Source: Anaerolineae bacterium (lineage in GTDB: Bacteria > Chloroflexota > Anaerolineae > B4-G1 > DUEL01). From it: a DNA stretch of 54,873 bases. The notes beneath the pieces were generated by a model. That model searched no databases and was not told the origin of the DNA. It saw nothing but the letters and a program-made list of their open reading frames with translations. Positions 36,304-44,945 of the stretch are shown here, in pieces. The stretch spans positions 1 through 54,873 of the forward strand of contig JANXAH010000037.1 in assembly GCA_025062415.1 (NCBI GenBank), in the 5' to 3' direction. The position numbers and the translations under genes were made by a program. Position 1 is the stretch's first letter. The number at the start of each line of letters is the position of its first letter.

Positions 36304-37359
36304 TCACGCGGGCTCCACGTCCTCCGTAATCAGGGGCGGCGGGGCTTCCGTCGCCTTCTCGCGGATCAGTTTCTCTATCGCGCTCGCCACGTCTGGATGG
36401 TCCCGTAAGTACTGTTTGGCGTTCTCTCGTCCCTGGGCGATATTCTCGCCCCGGTAACTATAGAAAGAGCCGCGCTTTTCTATGATGCCGTACTGAACTG
36501 CCAGGTCCAGGATGTCTCCCTCCCGGCTGATCCCTTTGCCGTAGATGATGTCAAATTCCGCCACCCGGAAGGGAGGGGCGACTTTGTTCTTGGTCACCCG
36601 GACGCGCGTACGGCTTCCGACGACTTCTCCCTTTTCCTTAATACCGCTCACTCGTCGGATATCCAGCCGTACGCTGGCATAGAACTTCAGCGCTCGCCCA
36701 CCCGGAGTTACCTCAGGGTTGCCGAAGGGCACGCCCACCTTTTCCCGCAACTGATTGGTGAAAATCATCGCCGTATTGGATTGCTTGATGGCACCGGCGA
36801 GTTTCCGGAGTGCCTGGCTCATCAGGCGGGCCTGAAGACCGGGATGCGAATCTCCCATCTCTCCCTCTATCTCGGCTCGCGGGACCAACGCTGCCACAGA
36901 GTCTATCACCACAACATCTACAGCCCCGCTGCGGACCAGGGCCTCAGCAATCTCCAGCGCCTGCTCGCCAGTATCTGGCTGGGCGATGTAGAGGTTGTTG
37001 ATGTCCACTCCGCAGGCTGCCGCGTAAGCCGGGTCCAGCGCGTGTTCCATATCAATGTAGGCTGCAACCCCGCCCTGTTTTTGGGCCTCCGCAACAATAT
37101 GCAGCGCCAGCGTCGTTTTCCCTGAGCCGTCCGGACCGTAGATTTCGGTAATCCGTCCGCGAGGGATGCCGCCGACCCCTAAAGCAATATCCAGGGATAG
37201 GGAGCCCGTCGGGATGACCTCCACCTGTAGTTGGGCCGCCTCTCCCAGGCGCATAATGGCACCATCCCCGAACCGCTTGGTCAGGGTTGCCAGGGCCGTC
37301 TCCAATGCCTTCCTGCGTCCTTCATCTTTCATCGGCGCACCGCCTTCCTTCGCCTTCAT
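36304..37359 (-). CDS. recA: Recombinase RecA
   Basis: Internal ATG 37359 after GGAGGGGG. ...[23 protein letters not shown]...[16 protein letters not shown] (Walker A)...[19 protein letters not shown]. Confidence 0.95.
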   Translation of the reverse strand: MKAKEGGAPMKDEGRRKALETALATLTKRFGDGAIMRLGEAAQLQVEVIPTGSLSLDIALGVGGIPRGRITEIYGPDGSGKTTLALHIVAEAQKQGGVAAYIDMEHALDPAYAAACGVDINNLYIAQPDTGEQALEIAEALVRSGAVDVVVIDSVAALVPRAEIEGEMGDSHPGLQARLMSQALRKLAGAIKQSNTAMIFTNQLREKVGVPFGNPEVTPGGRALKFYASVRLDIRRVSGIKEKGEVVGSRTRVRVTKNKVAPPFRVAEFDIIYGKGISREGDILDLAVQYGIIEKRGSFYSYRGENIAQGRENAKQYLRDHPDVASAIEKLIREKATEAPPPLITEDVEPA

Positions 37360-37758
37360 CCCAAGCCCCCTCCAGAGGACCAGTCCCTGGTCCCTGAATT
37401 TCCAATGGTAGTGTACTACAAGTCGGAGAAAAAGCAAGTGAGCGAGGGGCCTTCCGCTTGCCTCACCCCACCCCCGCCGCCTTCGGCGGCATTCCCTCCC
37501 CCCTCTTGGCCGAAGGTCAGGAGAGGGAAAAGGGCCGAGGGAAAGGGTGAGGACCTCCGGCACCCGACGGTCGCTGATCAACATCCGGCAAACTGAAGAC
37601 ACACCCTGAGATATGGGTAAAGTCAAGTTGCTGTATTCCTTTCCTATCTGAAAACCAGGTGGTATAATTAACCCGCATTAGCGGAGGGTTTGGGGATAGC
37701 AGTGAGGCTGCTGTTCCCAGGCTTCTCCGTTTTATCATCAACTCCCTGCGGAGGCGAG

Positions 37759-38409
37759 ATGGCAACCATAGAAGTTGCGATAGTAGAATTTCTGCACAAA
37801 ATCCTGAATACCATTGGGTGGCCCGGAGTGGTCTTGGTTATGGCGCTGGAGAGTGCGAACATCCCCATCCCCAGTGAGGTCACGATGCCGCTGTCTGGGT
37901 GGATGCTGGTTCAGGCAAAAGAACTTCCCCTCTGGCGAGCAGCGCTGGACGGCGGGTTTTATGGTGCGCTGGGCTGTACGCTGGGATCCATCGCCTCCTA
38001 CCTGCTGGGTCTGTGGGGTGGACGACCCTTTCTTCAGCGGTGGGGCCGCTACATCCTGATTTCCCAGCATGATCTGGAACAGGCCGACCGATGGTTTGCC
38101 CGATGGGGAGACTGGGCAGTTTTCATCTCCCGCTTGCTCCCGATTGTGCGTACGTTTATTTCCTTCCCGGCTGGCGTGGTGAGGGTGCGATTCGCCCGCT
38201 TTATGATCCTCAGTTTCATTGGCTCCTTTATCTGGTGTGGAGTACTGGCAGTTGCGGGGCACATATTTGGAAGCGAGTGGGAACGCATCCGCGAGATTAT
38301 GCGTCCCTTTGACATCCCTATTGCTGTTGCCATCCTGGCTGGAACAGCCTACTATATCTACCGGCACATCCGTCGGGCGCAGGGAGTGACTCCGCAGGAG
38401 GCGGAGTAG
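37759..38409 (+). CDS. DedA-family membrane protein
   Basis: ATG 37759 after GGAGGCGAG. GWPGVVLVMALESANIPIPSEV...FISRLLPIVRTFISFPAGV are DedA/SNARE-associated motifs. Confidence 0.85.
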   Translation: MATIEVAIVEFLHKILNTIGWPGVVLVMALESANIPIPSEVTMPLSGWMLVQAKELPLWRAALDGGFYGALGCTLGSIASYLLGLWGGRPFLQRWGRYILISQHDLEQADRWFARWGDWAVFISRLLPIVRTFISFPAGVVRVRFARFMILSFIGSFIWCGVLAVAGHIFGSEWERIREIMRPFDIPIAVAILAGTAYYIYRHIRRAQGVTPQEAE

Positions 38410-39225
38410 ATGTCCCTTTTCCACCACCTTCGGGAACTCTGGGCCTATCGCGAACTGGTGTACAATCTGGTGATTCGGGACCTGAAGGCCCGCTATAAAA
38501 ATTCCATCCTGGGCGTAGCCTGGTCCTGGATGAACCCGTTGCTGATGATGGTGGTCTACACCGTGGTTTTCAACATCCTGGCGGGCCGGTCCAATCTTCC
38601 CAACTATCCAGTTTTCCTTCTCTGTGCGCTGCTTCCCTGGAACTTCTTTTCCACTGCGGTCTCTCAGGCCACAAACAGTATTGTAGATGCTGCCCCGTTG
38701 ATCAAAAAGGTCTATTTCCCCCGCGAAGTGCTCCCGATCGCCGCAGTGCTGAGCAATATGGTCAACTTCCTGATCTCCCTGCCAATCTTTTTCCTGCTGG
38801 CGTTGGTTCTGGGCAATCCCATCACCGGATGGGCCCTTCTGTTCCCGGTGACCCTGGTCATTCAGGTGATGTTCACTCTGGGCGTCGGTTTCATCACCGC
38901 CACACTGAACGTCTTTTATCGGGACACTCGCTTGATTATGGACGTCCTTCTGTTGGCCTGGTTCTTCCTGACACCCATCTTCTATCCACTGACGACGGTG
39001 CCGGATCGCTACGTCTTCTGGGGAGTTCCTGTCAACGTGCGCGCATGGCTCCTCAGGCTCAACCCGATGGCATCCATCATTTCCTCGTACCGGGACATCC
39101 TGTATTGGGGCACATCCACTGCCTGGGACTTTCTTCTACGGACGGCGATCACTTCCCTGGCGGTCCTAATTATAGGGTATCTCATCTTCTTACATTATAG
39201 CCCCCGCTTTGGAGAAGAAGTGTAA
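38410..39225 (+). CDS. ABC-2 type polysaccharide/teichoic-acid exporter permease (Wzm/TagG-like), no adjacent ATPase
   Basis: RELVYNLVIRDLKARYKNSILGVAWSWMNPLL is the Wzm/TagG signature, with 6 TM segments. The ATG abuts the dedA stop (TAGATG). Confidence 0.85.
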   Translation: MSLFHHLRELWAYRELVYNLVIRDLKARYKNSILGVAWSWMNPLLMMVVYTVVFNILAGRSNLPNYPVFLLCALLPWNFFSTAVSQATNSIVDAAPLIKKVYFPREVLPIAAVLSNMVNFLISLPIFFLLALVLGNPITGWALLFPVTLVIQVMFTLGVGFITATLNVFYRDTRLIMDVLLLAWFFLTPIFYPLTTVPDRYVFWGVPVNVRAWLLRLNPMASIISSYRDILYWGTSTAWDFLLRTAITSLAVLIIGYLIFLHYSPRFGEEV

Positions 39226-39257
39226 GTCGGAGACACCCGACAAAAGAAACAAAGGAC

Positions 39258-39296
39258 AAAATTTGCTGCGGCGGCGAGACCGCCGCAGCAAATTTT
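39258..39296 (+). terminator. Intrinsic terminator (17-bp stem, T-run)
   Basis: aaaatttgctgcggcgg-cgaga-ccgccgcagcaaatttt followed by tctt. Confidence 0.8.
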
Positions 39297-39313
39297 TCTT
39301 TAACAGAGCCTGT

Positions 39314-39353
39314 TTGACAAAAACCTGCTTCTGCATATAATTGCAACTGCAAT
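39314..39353 (+). promoter_or_regulatory. Promoter (TTGACA-16-TATAAT) overlapped by the palindrome ATTGCA-AC-TGCAAT, a candidate Fur-family operator
   Basis: TTGACA at 39314-39319, TATAAT at 39336-39341, inverted repeat at 39340-39353. It contains TTGCAA/CTGCAA hexamers. Confidence 0.5.
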
Positions 39354-39368
39354 ATATTGGAGGAAGCG

Positions 39369-39809
39369 ATGAGCCACTGTCATACGCTGATTGCCACCCT
39401 TCGTGCTCTCCGGCTCCGGATGACTCCTCAGCGGGAGATGATCGTGGAAGCGCTGGCTCATAGTGGTTCGCATATGACCGCTGAGGAAATTCTGGAAATC
39501 GTGCGACGTCGGGCTCGTTCGGTGAACATCGCCACCGTCTACCGCACGCTGGACCTGCTGGTAGAACACGGCCTGGCGACCCGCACCGACCTGGGGGAGG
39601 GCCGCGTGGTCTATGCCACGGTCCGCCACGGCCCCCACATCCATCTGGTCTGTCGTGGCTGCGGGCACGTTCAGGAAGCAGACGCGTCGCTCCTGAGATC
39701 TCTCACTGAAGCCCTTCGGGAGCGTTATCATTTTTCCTGCGATGCAGGCCATCTGGCCCTGTATGGCCTCTGCGAGGCTTGTGAACAGAAGGAGCCCACG
39801 TCCAATTAG
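39369..39809 (+). CDS. Fur-family metalloregulator
   Basis: LRMTPQREMIVEAL...HMTAEEILEIV...NIATVYRTLDLLVEHGL, plus HLVCRGCG...CEAC zinc-site cysteines. Confidence 0.88.
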   Translation: MSHCHTLIATLRALRLRMTPQREMIVEALAHSGSHMTAEEILEIVRRRARSVNIATVYRTLDLLVEHGLATRTDLGEGRVVYATVRHGPHIHLVCRGCGHVQEADASLLRSLTEALRERYHFSCDAGHLALYGLCEACEQKEPTSN

Positions 39810-39932
39810 GCCCTTAAGCCCGGATGCTGTGGAGTCTCATAAAATTGTGTTGGGCAAAGGTTCCGAAATTGCGACTCTCTACAGAGGAGGCCAGTTATGT
39901 TAAGGAGTGAAATCCTTCCATCCCCGGCTGCT

Positions 39933-40868
39933 ATGCACATCCCGGACGGGTTCCTGAGCCTCGGCGTTCTTCTGGCCTGCTGGGTGCTGACTCTGATCGG
40001 CATCGGGATTGCGCTGGCGCGGACCCGGAAAACGCTGGGAGAGCGCCAGGTGCCCGTTATGGGAGTGCTCGCCGCGTTTATCTTTGCGGCTCAGATGCTC
40101 AACTTCACTATCGCTGGCGGCACATCTGGACACTTTCTGGGCGCTGCGCTGGCGGCGATTCTGCTGGGCCCCTGGGCCGCTATGCTCACGATGACCACCG
40201 TCGTCGCTATCCAGGCCCTCCTGTTTCAGGACGGGGGACTCTTGGCCCTGGGTGCCAATGTCCTGAATATGGCGATTCTCGGGCCTGTTGTTGCCTATGG
40301 CTTTTATCGGGGTGTGCGGACCCTGCTGGGCAACCGCAGAGTAAGCGCGTTGATTGCGGGATTCGTGGGAGCGTGGATTTCCATCGTGGTTGCAGCGATT
40401 GCCTGTGCGCTGGAACTGGGTTTCTCCGGGACCTCGCCCATCGGCATTGCGCTCCCAGCGATGGCGGGAATCCATGCCCTGATCGGTATCGGTGAGGGAC
40501 TCATCACCGTGGGCGCGCTGGCGCTCGTCCTGGTGACTCGGCCTGACCTGGTAGAGGCGGAACGGGCACCGGCTCCCTCCGGAATGCGCTGGGTCTGGGG
40601 TGGACTGGGGATCGCCATTGTGCTGGCTCTGCTCTCCCCCCTGGCATCCCCACACCCAGACGGTCTGGAGCGGGTGGCGGAGGACCTCGGCTTTATAGAG
40701 CGAGCGCAGGAGCCCCTCTACGAGGTCATTCCGGACTACGTCTTTCCGGGCATCCCCAACGAAGTGCTATCAACCATTGCAGCGGGGGTCGTAGGAACAC
40801 TCATTGTCTATGGTATCGCAGTCGGTCTGGCAGCCCTCTTCCAGCGGAGAAAGCAGGCGATAACATAG
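39933..40868 (+). CDS. ECF-type Co/Ni transporter substrate component CbiM/NikM fused to a PDGLE domain
   Basis: Mandatory N-terminus MHIPDGF at ATG 39933. CbiM body (GGTSGHFLGAALAAILLGPW, LLFQDGG). The C-terminal ...SPHPDGLERVAED carries the PDGLE motif plus one more TM. Confidence 0.88.
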   Translation: MHIPDGFLSLGVLLACWVLTLIGIGIALARTRKTLGERQVPVMGVLAAFIFAAQMLNFTIAGGTSGHFLGAALAAILLGPWAAMLTMTTVVAIQALLFQDGGLLALGANVLNMAILGPVVAYGFYRGVRTLLGNRRVSALIAGFVGAWISIVVAAIACALELGFSGTSPIGIALPAMAGIHALIGIGEGLITVGALALVLVTRPDLVEAERAPAPSGMRWVWGGLGIAIVLALLSPLASPHPDGLERVAEDLGFIERAQEPLYEVIPDYVFPGIPNEVLSTIAAGVVGTLIVYGIAVGLAALFQRRKQAIT

Positions 40869-40889
40869 GCGATAACAGAATCGGAGCCC

Positions 40890-41678
40890 ATGCACCTCCA
40901 CGCGCTGGACACGTACCTGCCCGGCGACAGCCTGGTCCACCGGTTGGACCCGCGGGTCAAACTGGTACTGACGGTGCTGTTCATTTTGACCGCCGCACTG
41001 ATCCCAGACCGGGCATGGCTCTTCTTTGGGCTGCTGGAAGGGCTGATCCTGGCAGCCGTTCTGGTTTCCCGCGTGGGGATGGGGATAGTTCAGAAGCGAT
41101 CGGCTCTGGCACTCCCTTTCCTGCTGGCAGCGGTCACGGTCATCTTCGCGCGCCCTGGGGAAGATGCCCTACCTCTGCCGGGCACGCTCTGGGCGATCAG
41201 CGAGGCGGGGCTCTGGCGATTCCTCTCCATCGTCGCCCGGTCCTACCTCTCTATTCAGGCGGCTGTGCTCCTGGCGGCGACCACCCCGTTTCCGGACCTG
41301 CTCTGGGGAATGCGGGCGCTGAGGGTCCCCCGCGTGCTGGTTGCTGTGGGGGGATTCCTCTACCGCTATCTATTCGTGCTGGCGGACGAGGCCCGACGGA
41401 TGCTCCAGGCCCGCGAAGCCCGATCCGCTGCACCTGAGGGCAGGAAAGGCGGCGGGACACTCATCTGGCGGGCCCGGGTGACCGGGGCGATGGCGGGGAC
41501 GCTCTTCCTGCGGGCCTACGAGCGGAGCGAGCGCATCTGGGCAGCGATGGTCGTCCGGGGATACGACGGCGAGGTCCGCGTGCTCTCTGCCCCGCTCCTT
41601 CGCCCTGTGGATTGGCATGTCGGGGTCGGGGCAGGACTCCTGCTGCTCTTGCTGATGGTTGTCGCACGGGTGCTGTAG
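40890..41678 (+). CDS. cbiQ: ECF transporter transmembrane (T) component CbiQ
   Basis: SLVHRLDPRVKLVL..., and the ARSAAPEG...ERSERIWAAMVVRGY coupling-helix region typical of CbiQ/EcfT. No CbiO ATPase gene follows. Confidence 0.85.
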   Translation: MHLHALDTYLPGDSLVHRLDPRVKLVLTVLFILTAALIPDRAWLFFGLLEGLILAAVLVSRVGMGIVQKRSALALPFLLAAVTVIFARPGEDALPLPGTLWAISEAGLWRFLSIVARSYLSIQAAVLLAATTPFPDLLWGMRALRVPRVLVAVGGFLYRYLFVLADEARRMLQAREARSAAPEGRKGGGTLIWRARVTGAMAGTLFLRAYERSERIWAAMVVRGYDGEVRVLSAPLLRPVDWHVGVGAGLLLLLLMVVARVL

Positions 41679-41761
41679 ACCGCAAGCGCCCCGGAGGATA
41701 GGATGTGTGAGGCAAAAGTCTACGTAAATTAAAGAGGGAGCGTCCCCCGTTAATAATGAAA

Positions 41762-41797
41762 AATGTGCCAGACACCTCCAGAGGTGCCTGGCACATT
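41762..41797. terminator. Bidirectional terminator (16-bp stem flanked by A5 / T4)
   Basis: aatgtgccagacacct-ccag-aggtgcctggcacatt (one mismatch), between the cbiQ (+) and Nudix (-) stops. Confidence 0.8.
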
Positions 41798-41822
41798 TTA
41801 TCCTCGGGGCTGCTCCAAAAAG

Positions 41823-42467
41823 TTAGAGTTTGTGCCGAAAACGGTAGAGTTTGCGCTTACGGCCGGCCTCTTTCCGTATCTCCCCTGTCTTCTCCACCAG
41901 ATCCGCCGAAAGGACCCTCCGTCGGAAAGTGTGCGGATTCAGTTTTTCCCCCAGGATCGCCTCGTAGACTGCCTGAAGTTCACGAAGGGTGAACGTCTCC
42001 GGAAGTAGTTCGGGAAGCGCCATCATACAGCGAAGGTTATGGCGCAGTTTCTGGAGCGCACATGCCAGAATCCGGTCGTGGTCAAAGGCCAGGGGAGGAA
42101 GGCTCCGGACGGGCCACCAGCGGGCATCGGCGGCGTCGTCACCGGCCCGGACAGTGGTCCGGCCGGGAGGGAGCAGTGCCAGGTAGGCCACTGTGATGGT
42201 GCGTCCCCGCGGGTCCCGTCCGGGGTCCCCAAAGGTTGCCAGTTGCTCCAGCCGAACGTCCCGGACTCCGGTTTCCTCCTCCAGTTCCCGCAGGGCGGCG
42301 GTCTCCAGCGGCTCGTCTATGCCCACAAAGCCCCCCGGGATCGCCCACATCCCCTCAAAGGGCGGATGCTTCCGGCGGACCAGCAGAACCTGGAGGTCCT
42401 GCTCCTGTAGAGTGAAGATGACCACGTCCACGGTTACCATAGGACGGGGAAATTCAGATAGGGGCAT
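41823..42467 (-). CDS. NrtR-like Nudix hydrolase/transcriptional regulator (Nudix + C-terminal winged helix)
   Basis: Nudix box GGFVGIDEPLETAALRELEEETGV. C-terminal FTLRELQAVYEAILGEKLNPHTFRRRVL...KLYRF matches the NrtR wHTH pattern. Confidence 0.82.
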   Translation of the reverse strand: MPLSEFPRPMVTVDVVIFTLQEQDLQVLLVRRKHPPFEGMWAIPGGFVGIDEPLETAALRELEEETGVRDVRLEQLATFGDPGRDPRGRTITVAYLALLPPGRTTVRAGDDAADARWWPVRSLPPLAFDHDRILACALQKLRHNLRCMMALPELLPETFTLRELQAVYEAILGEKLNPHTFRRRVLSADLVEKTGEIRKEAGRKRKLYRFRHKL

Positions 42468-42661
42468 TCCACCTCCCGGTAAGACACGACTCTGCGCGGC
42501 AAACCGCGCCGTTTCAGAGTGCCAACGTATTAAAGCAGGTCTGAAAATTCAGGTTCTCCGGGGACCAGCGACGCCGTGCGCAGGCCGCCGGGTCTCTGTG
42601 CATTCACCCATCACGGGCTAACACCTGCGCTGCGCAATCTTCGCGTTTTTCAGACATGCTC

Positions 42662-43669
42662 TTAGAGGGAGCCACAGGAGGCGCGTACGATCAACTGGGT
42701 GGGCAGAATAATGTGTTGGGGGCCTGTGATAGTCCCCTCCACGAGGCCGATCAGCATCTCTGTGGCCATTGCGCCCATTCGCTCTATCGGCTGCCGGACT
42801 GTGGTAAGGGGAGGCTCCACCACCGAGGCGATGGGCAGGTCATCAAAGCCGACGACGGCGATATCGTCCGGGATATGCAGGCCTGCTTCCCGGATAGCCT
42901 TCATTGCCCCAACGGCCATCGTATCGCTGGCGACGAAGACCGCAGTGGGGCGCTGAGGGAGAAGGCGCTGCATAGCCACGCGAGCGCCCTCTTCCGTGAA
43001 GTCTCCTTCCACAATCAGTGCGTCGTTAAGCGGGATTCCCCGAGAAAGCAGCGCCTGGCGGTATCCCTCCAGCCGGTCCTGGCCTGCCATCATCGTGAGG
43101 GGACCCGTGATGGTCGCAATGCGGCGATGGCCCAGCCGCAGGAGATGTTCTACAGCCATCCGGGCGCCTCCAATGTTGTCCACATCCACGTAGGTCACTC
43201 GTTCGTCGGGGTACCGGCCTGCGATGACGAAAGGGGTGTTATCCTGAAGCAGCCAGGGGACCAGAGGGTCATCCAGAGGTGCGCCAGAGAGGATGACACC
43301 GTCCAGCAGCCGACTGCGCAACGCGCGCCGGTACAGTTCCTCCTGCTGGAGGGGATCACTGAAGAACGAGAGCATAAGGTGGTAGCGGCGCGCAGTACAG
43401 ACATCCGCGACGCCCCGGATCAGGATGGGAAAGAAGGGGTCGGAAAACAGTGTGACCAGCCCCCGCGGGATAACCAGGCCAAGCACCTGGGTCCGGTTGG
43501 TCACGAGGCTCCGGGCTGCCGCGTGGGGCTGATATCCCACCCGCTGGATCACTTCCCAAACTCGCTTCCGGACCTCCGGGCGAACGTTGGGGTGATTGTT
43601 GATGACGCGGGAGACCGTGGATCGTGAGACACCCGCTAACCTGGCCACTTCCTCAAGGGTAGAAGCCAT
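42662..43669 (-). CDS. LacI-family transcriptional regulator
   Basis: Internal ATG 43669: MASTLEEVARLAGVSRSTVSRVINNHPNVRPEVRKRVWEVIQRVGYQPHAAARSL, plus a periplasmic-binding-fold body. The longer ORF start at 44017 runs antisense through the riboswitch. Confidence 0.9.
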   Translation of the reverse strand: MASTLEEVARLAGVSRSTVSRVINNHPNVRPEVRKRVWEVIQRVGYQPHAAARSLVTNRTQVLGLVIPRGLVTLFSDPFFPILIRGVADVCTARRYHLMLSFFSDPLQQEELYRRALRSRLLDGVILSGAPLDDPLVPWLLQDNTPFVIAGRYPDERVTYVDVDNIGGARMAVEHLLRLGHRRIATITGPLTMMAGQDRLEGYRQALLSRGIPLNDALIVEGDFTEEGARVAMQRLLPQRPTAVFVASDTMAVGAMKAIREAGLHIPDDIAVVGFDDLPIASVVEPPLTTVRQPIERMGAMATEMLIGLVEGTITGPQHIILPTQLIVRASCGSL

Positions 43670-43717
43670 CCCTATCTCAAGTCCCGATATCTTCTGATCA
43701 GGATACTGGCAGAGCGG

Positions 43718-43735
43718 TTTGGGAGCGCTCCCAAA
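43718..43735. promoter_or_regulatory. 18-bp perfect palindrome TTTGGGAGCGCTCCCAAA containing the CebR/CelR-type operator core TGGGAGCGCTCCCA
   Basis: Direct reading. It lies 49 nt upstream of the LacI-family start codon. Confidence 0.65.
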
Positions 43736-43781
43736 TATTGTAACACATTTGTGCTTTTCTGACAAGCACAACCAGCAAATC

Positions 43782-43809
43782 TTGACAAACTTCCATCCTC
43801 TGTTATAAT
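43782..43809 (+). promoter_or_regulatory. Promoter of the FMN-riboswitch leader (TTGACA-16-TATAAT)
   Basis: TTGACA at 43782-43787 and TATAAT at 43804-43809, about 12 nt before the riboswitch P1 helix. Confidence 0.6.
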
Positions 43810-43820
43810 CGGACACACCG

Positions 43821-44000
43821 ACACCTTCGGGGCAGGGTGAAATTCCCGACCGGCGGTAAAGCCCGCGAACCGTTTCCCAAACCGGCAGCGCTGGGTCTCT
43901 GAGGATCTTCGGCGAGGGGAAGGGAAACGGCCGATCCGGTGAAGGCGGCGATGCCGCCCATTCCGGAGCCGACGGTGAAAGTCCGGATGGGAGAAGGTGT
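43821..44000 (+). promoter_or_regulatory. FMN riboswitch (RFN element) aptamer
   Basis: P1 acaccttc...gaaggtgt. Conserved cores ggggcagggtgaaattcccgaccggcggtaaagcccgcga and ggagccgacggtgaaagtccggatgggaga. Confidence 0.9.
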
Positions 44001-44074
44001 ACGGAGGATGACCGCATCTTCCGGGCCCGAATGTCGCGTGTGGGCCCGGGGTTGAAGGGAAATCCGTATGCGCT

Positions 44075-44108
44075 GGCCCCGAAGGCTCCCTTCGGGGCCT
44101 TCTTTTTT
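44075..44108 (+). terminator. Riboswitch expression-platform terminator
   Basis: ggccccgaagg-ctc-ccttcggggcc followed by ttctttttt. Confidence 0.8.
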
Positions 44109-44165
44109 CGGCGCGCTATGCCCCGCGGGTGTCTAACCTGCGGGGCTTTTTCGTAGGAGCGGGCG

Positions 44166-44945
44166 ATGAAAACGACGTATATCTCCCGAATTCTGGTTGT
44201 TGGGATCAGTATGCTGGCTTTCTTCGGCCTGTGGGAAGGGGTAGTCTGGCTGGGGGGATACCCGCCCTTTATTCTCCCCTCTCCAGGTCAAGTCGTCCAG
44301 CGGCTGGGTGTTTTGCTGGCCGACGGATCCCTCTGGCGCCATATGGGCGTGACGGTGGGGGAAATTCTGGCAGGGCTGGCTCTGGGTACCGTGGTCGCTA
44401 CAGCCCTGGGCTATCTTCTGGCCCATTTCCCCATCGCCGAGCGGCTCCTCTCCCCCTACATCATCGCTTCCCAATCGGTCCCGGTCGTCGCTGTGGCCCC
44501 TCTTCTGGTTATCTGGTTTGGTCCGGGACTTCTTTCTAAAATCCTGGTCTGCGCGCTGGTGGTCTTTTTCCCCATCCTGGTCAACACCATTGTTGGTGTG
44601 CGCTCTGTAGAGCCGGAACTCCGGGATCTGATGCGGATGCTGGAGGCGAACCGGTGGAAGACGTTCTGGTTTCTGGAAGTTCCCGCTGCGCTGCCTGTGT
44701 TGCTCAGCGGTCTGAAGATCGGGGCGACACTTTCCGTCATCGGAGCGGTCGTTGGGGAATTTGTCGCCTCTAATCAGGGGCTCGGATACCTCATCAAACA
44801 GGGGCAGCAGCTTTATGATACTCCCCTGGTCTTTGTGGGCATCGGCATGCTGATCGCGCTGGCTCAGGCTCTCTACGGCACAGTGGCCCTGGCGGAGCGA
44901 TTCCTGCTCCGGGGACATTCCATCCACACCAAGGAGGTACGATGA
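44166..44945 (+). CDS. ribX: ABC transporter permease (NitT/TauT family), RibX-type candidate riboflavin importer
   Basis: BPD-transporter permease with 6 TM segments and an EAA-like region (MRMLEANRWKTFWFLEVPAALP). First gene after the FMN riboswitch. Confidence 0.8.
   Translation: MKTTYISRILVVGISMLAFFGLWEGVVWLGGYPPFILPSPGQVVQRLGVLLADGSLWRHMGVTVGEILAGLALGTVVATALGYLLAHFPIAERLLSPYIIASQSVPVVAVAPLLVIWFGPGLLSKILVCALVVFFPILVNTIVGVRSVEPELRDLMRMLEANRWKTFWFLEVPAALPVLLSGLKIGATLSVIGAVVGEFVASNQGLGYLIKQGQQLYDTPLVFVGIGMLIALAQALYGTVALAERFLLRGHSIHTKEVR

Noticed and set aside
37360-37626. 89-codon N-terminal extension of recA, and a possible SOS (LexA) box upstream
   Set aside because: The extension is Arg/Gly/Pro-rich and lacks homology to RecA, and a strong SD precedes the ATG at 37359. 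I found no GAAC-N4-GTTC or CTGT-N8-ACAG type box, so no LexA site is claimed.
39810-39932. Cobalamin riboswitch upstream of cbiM
   Set aside because: No B12-box (GCCACTG-like) or conserved cobalamin aptamer cores are visible, and the spacer is only about 120 nt.
42656-44017. Plus-strand ORF 42656..43627, and the 5' extension of the LacI ORF to 44017
   Set aside because: The first is antisense to a clear LacI-family gene. The extension would run antisense through the FMN riboswitch and promoter region. The HTH N-terminus begins at the ATG at 43669.
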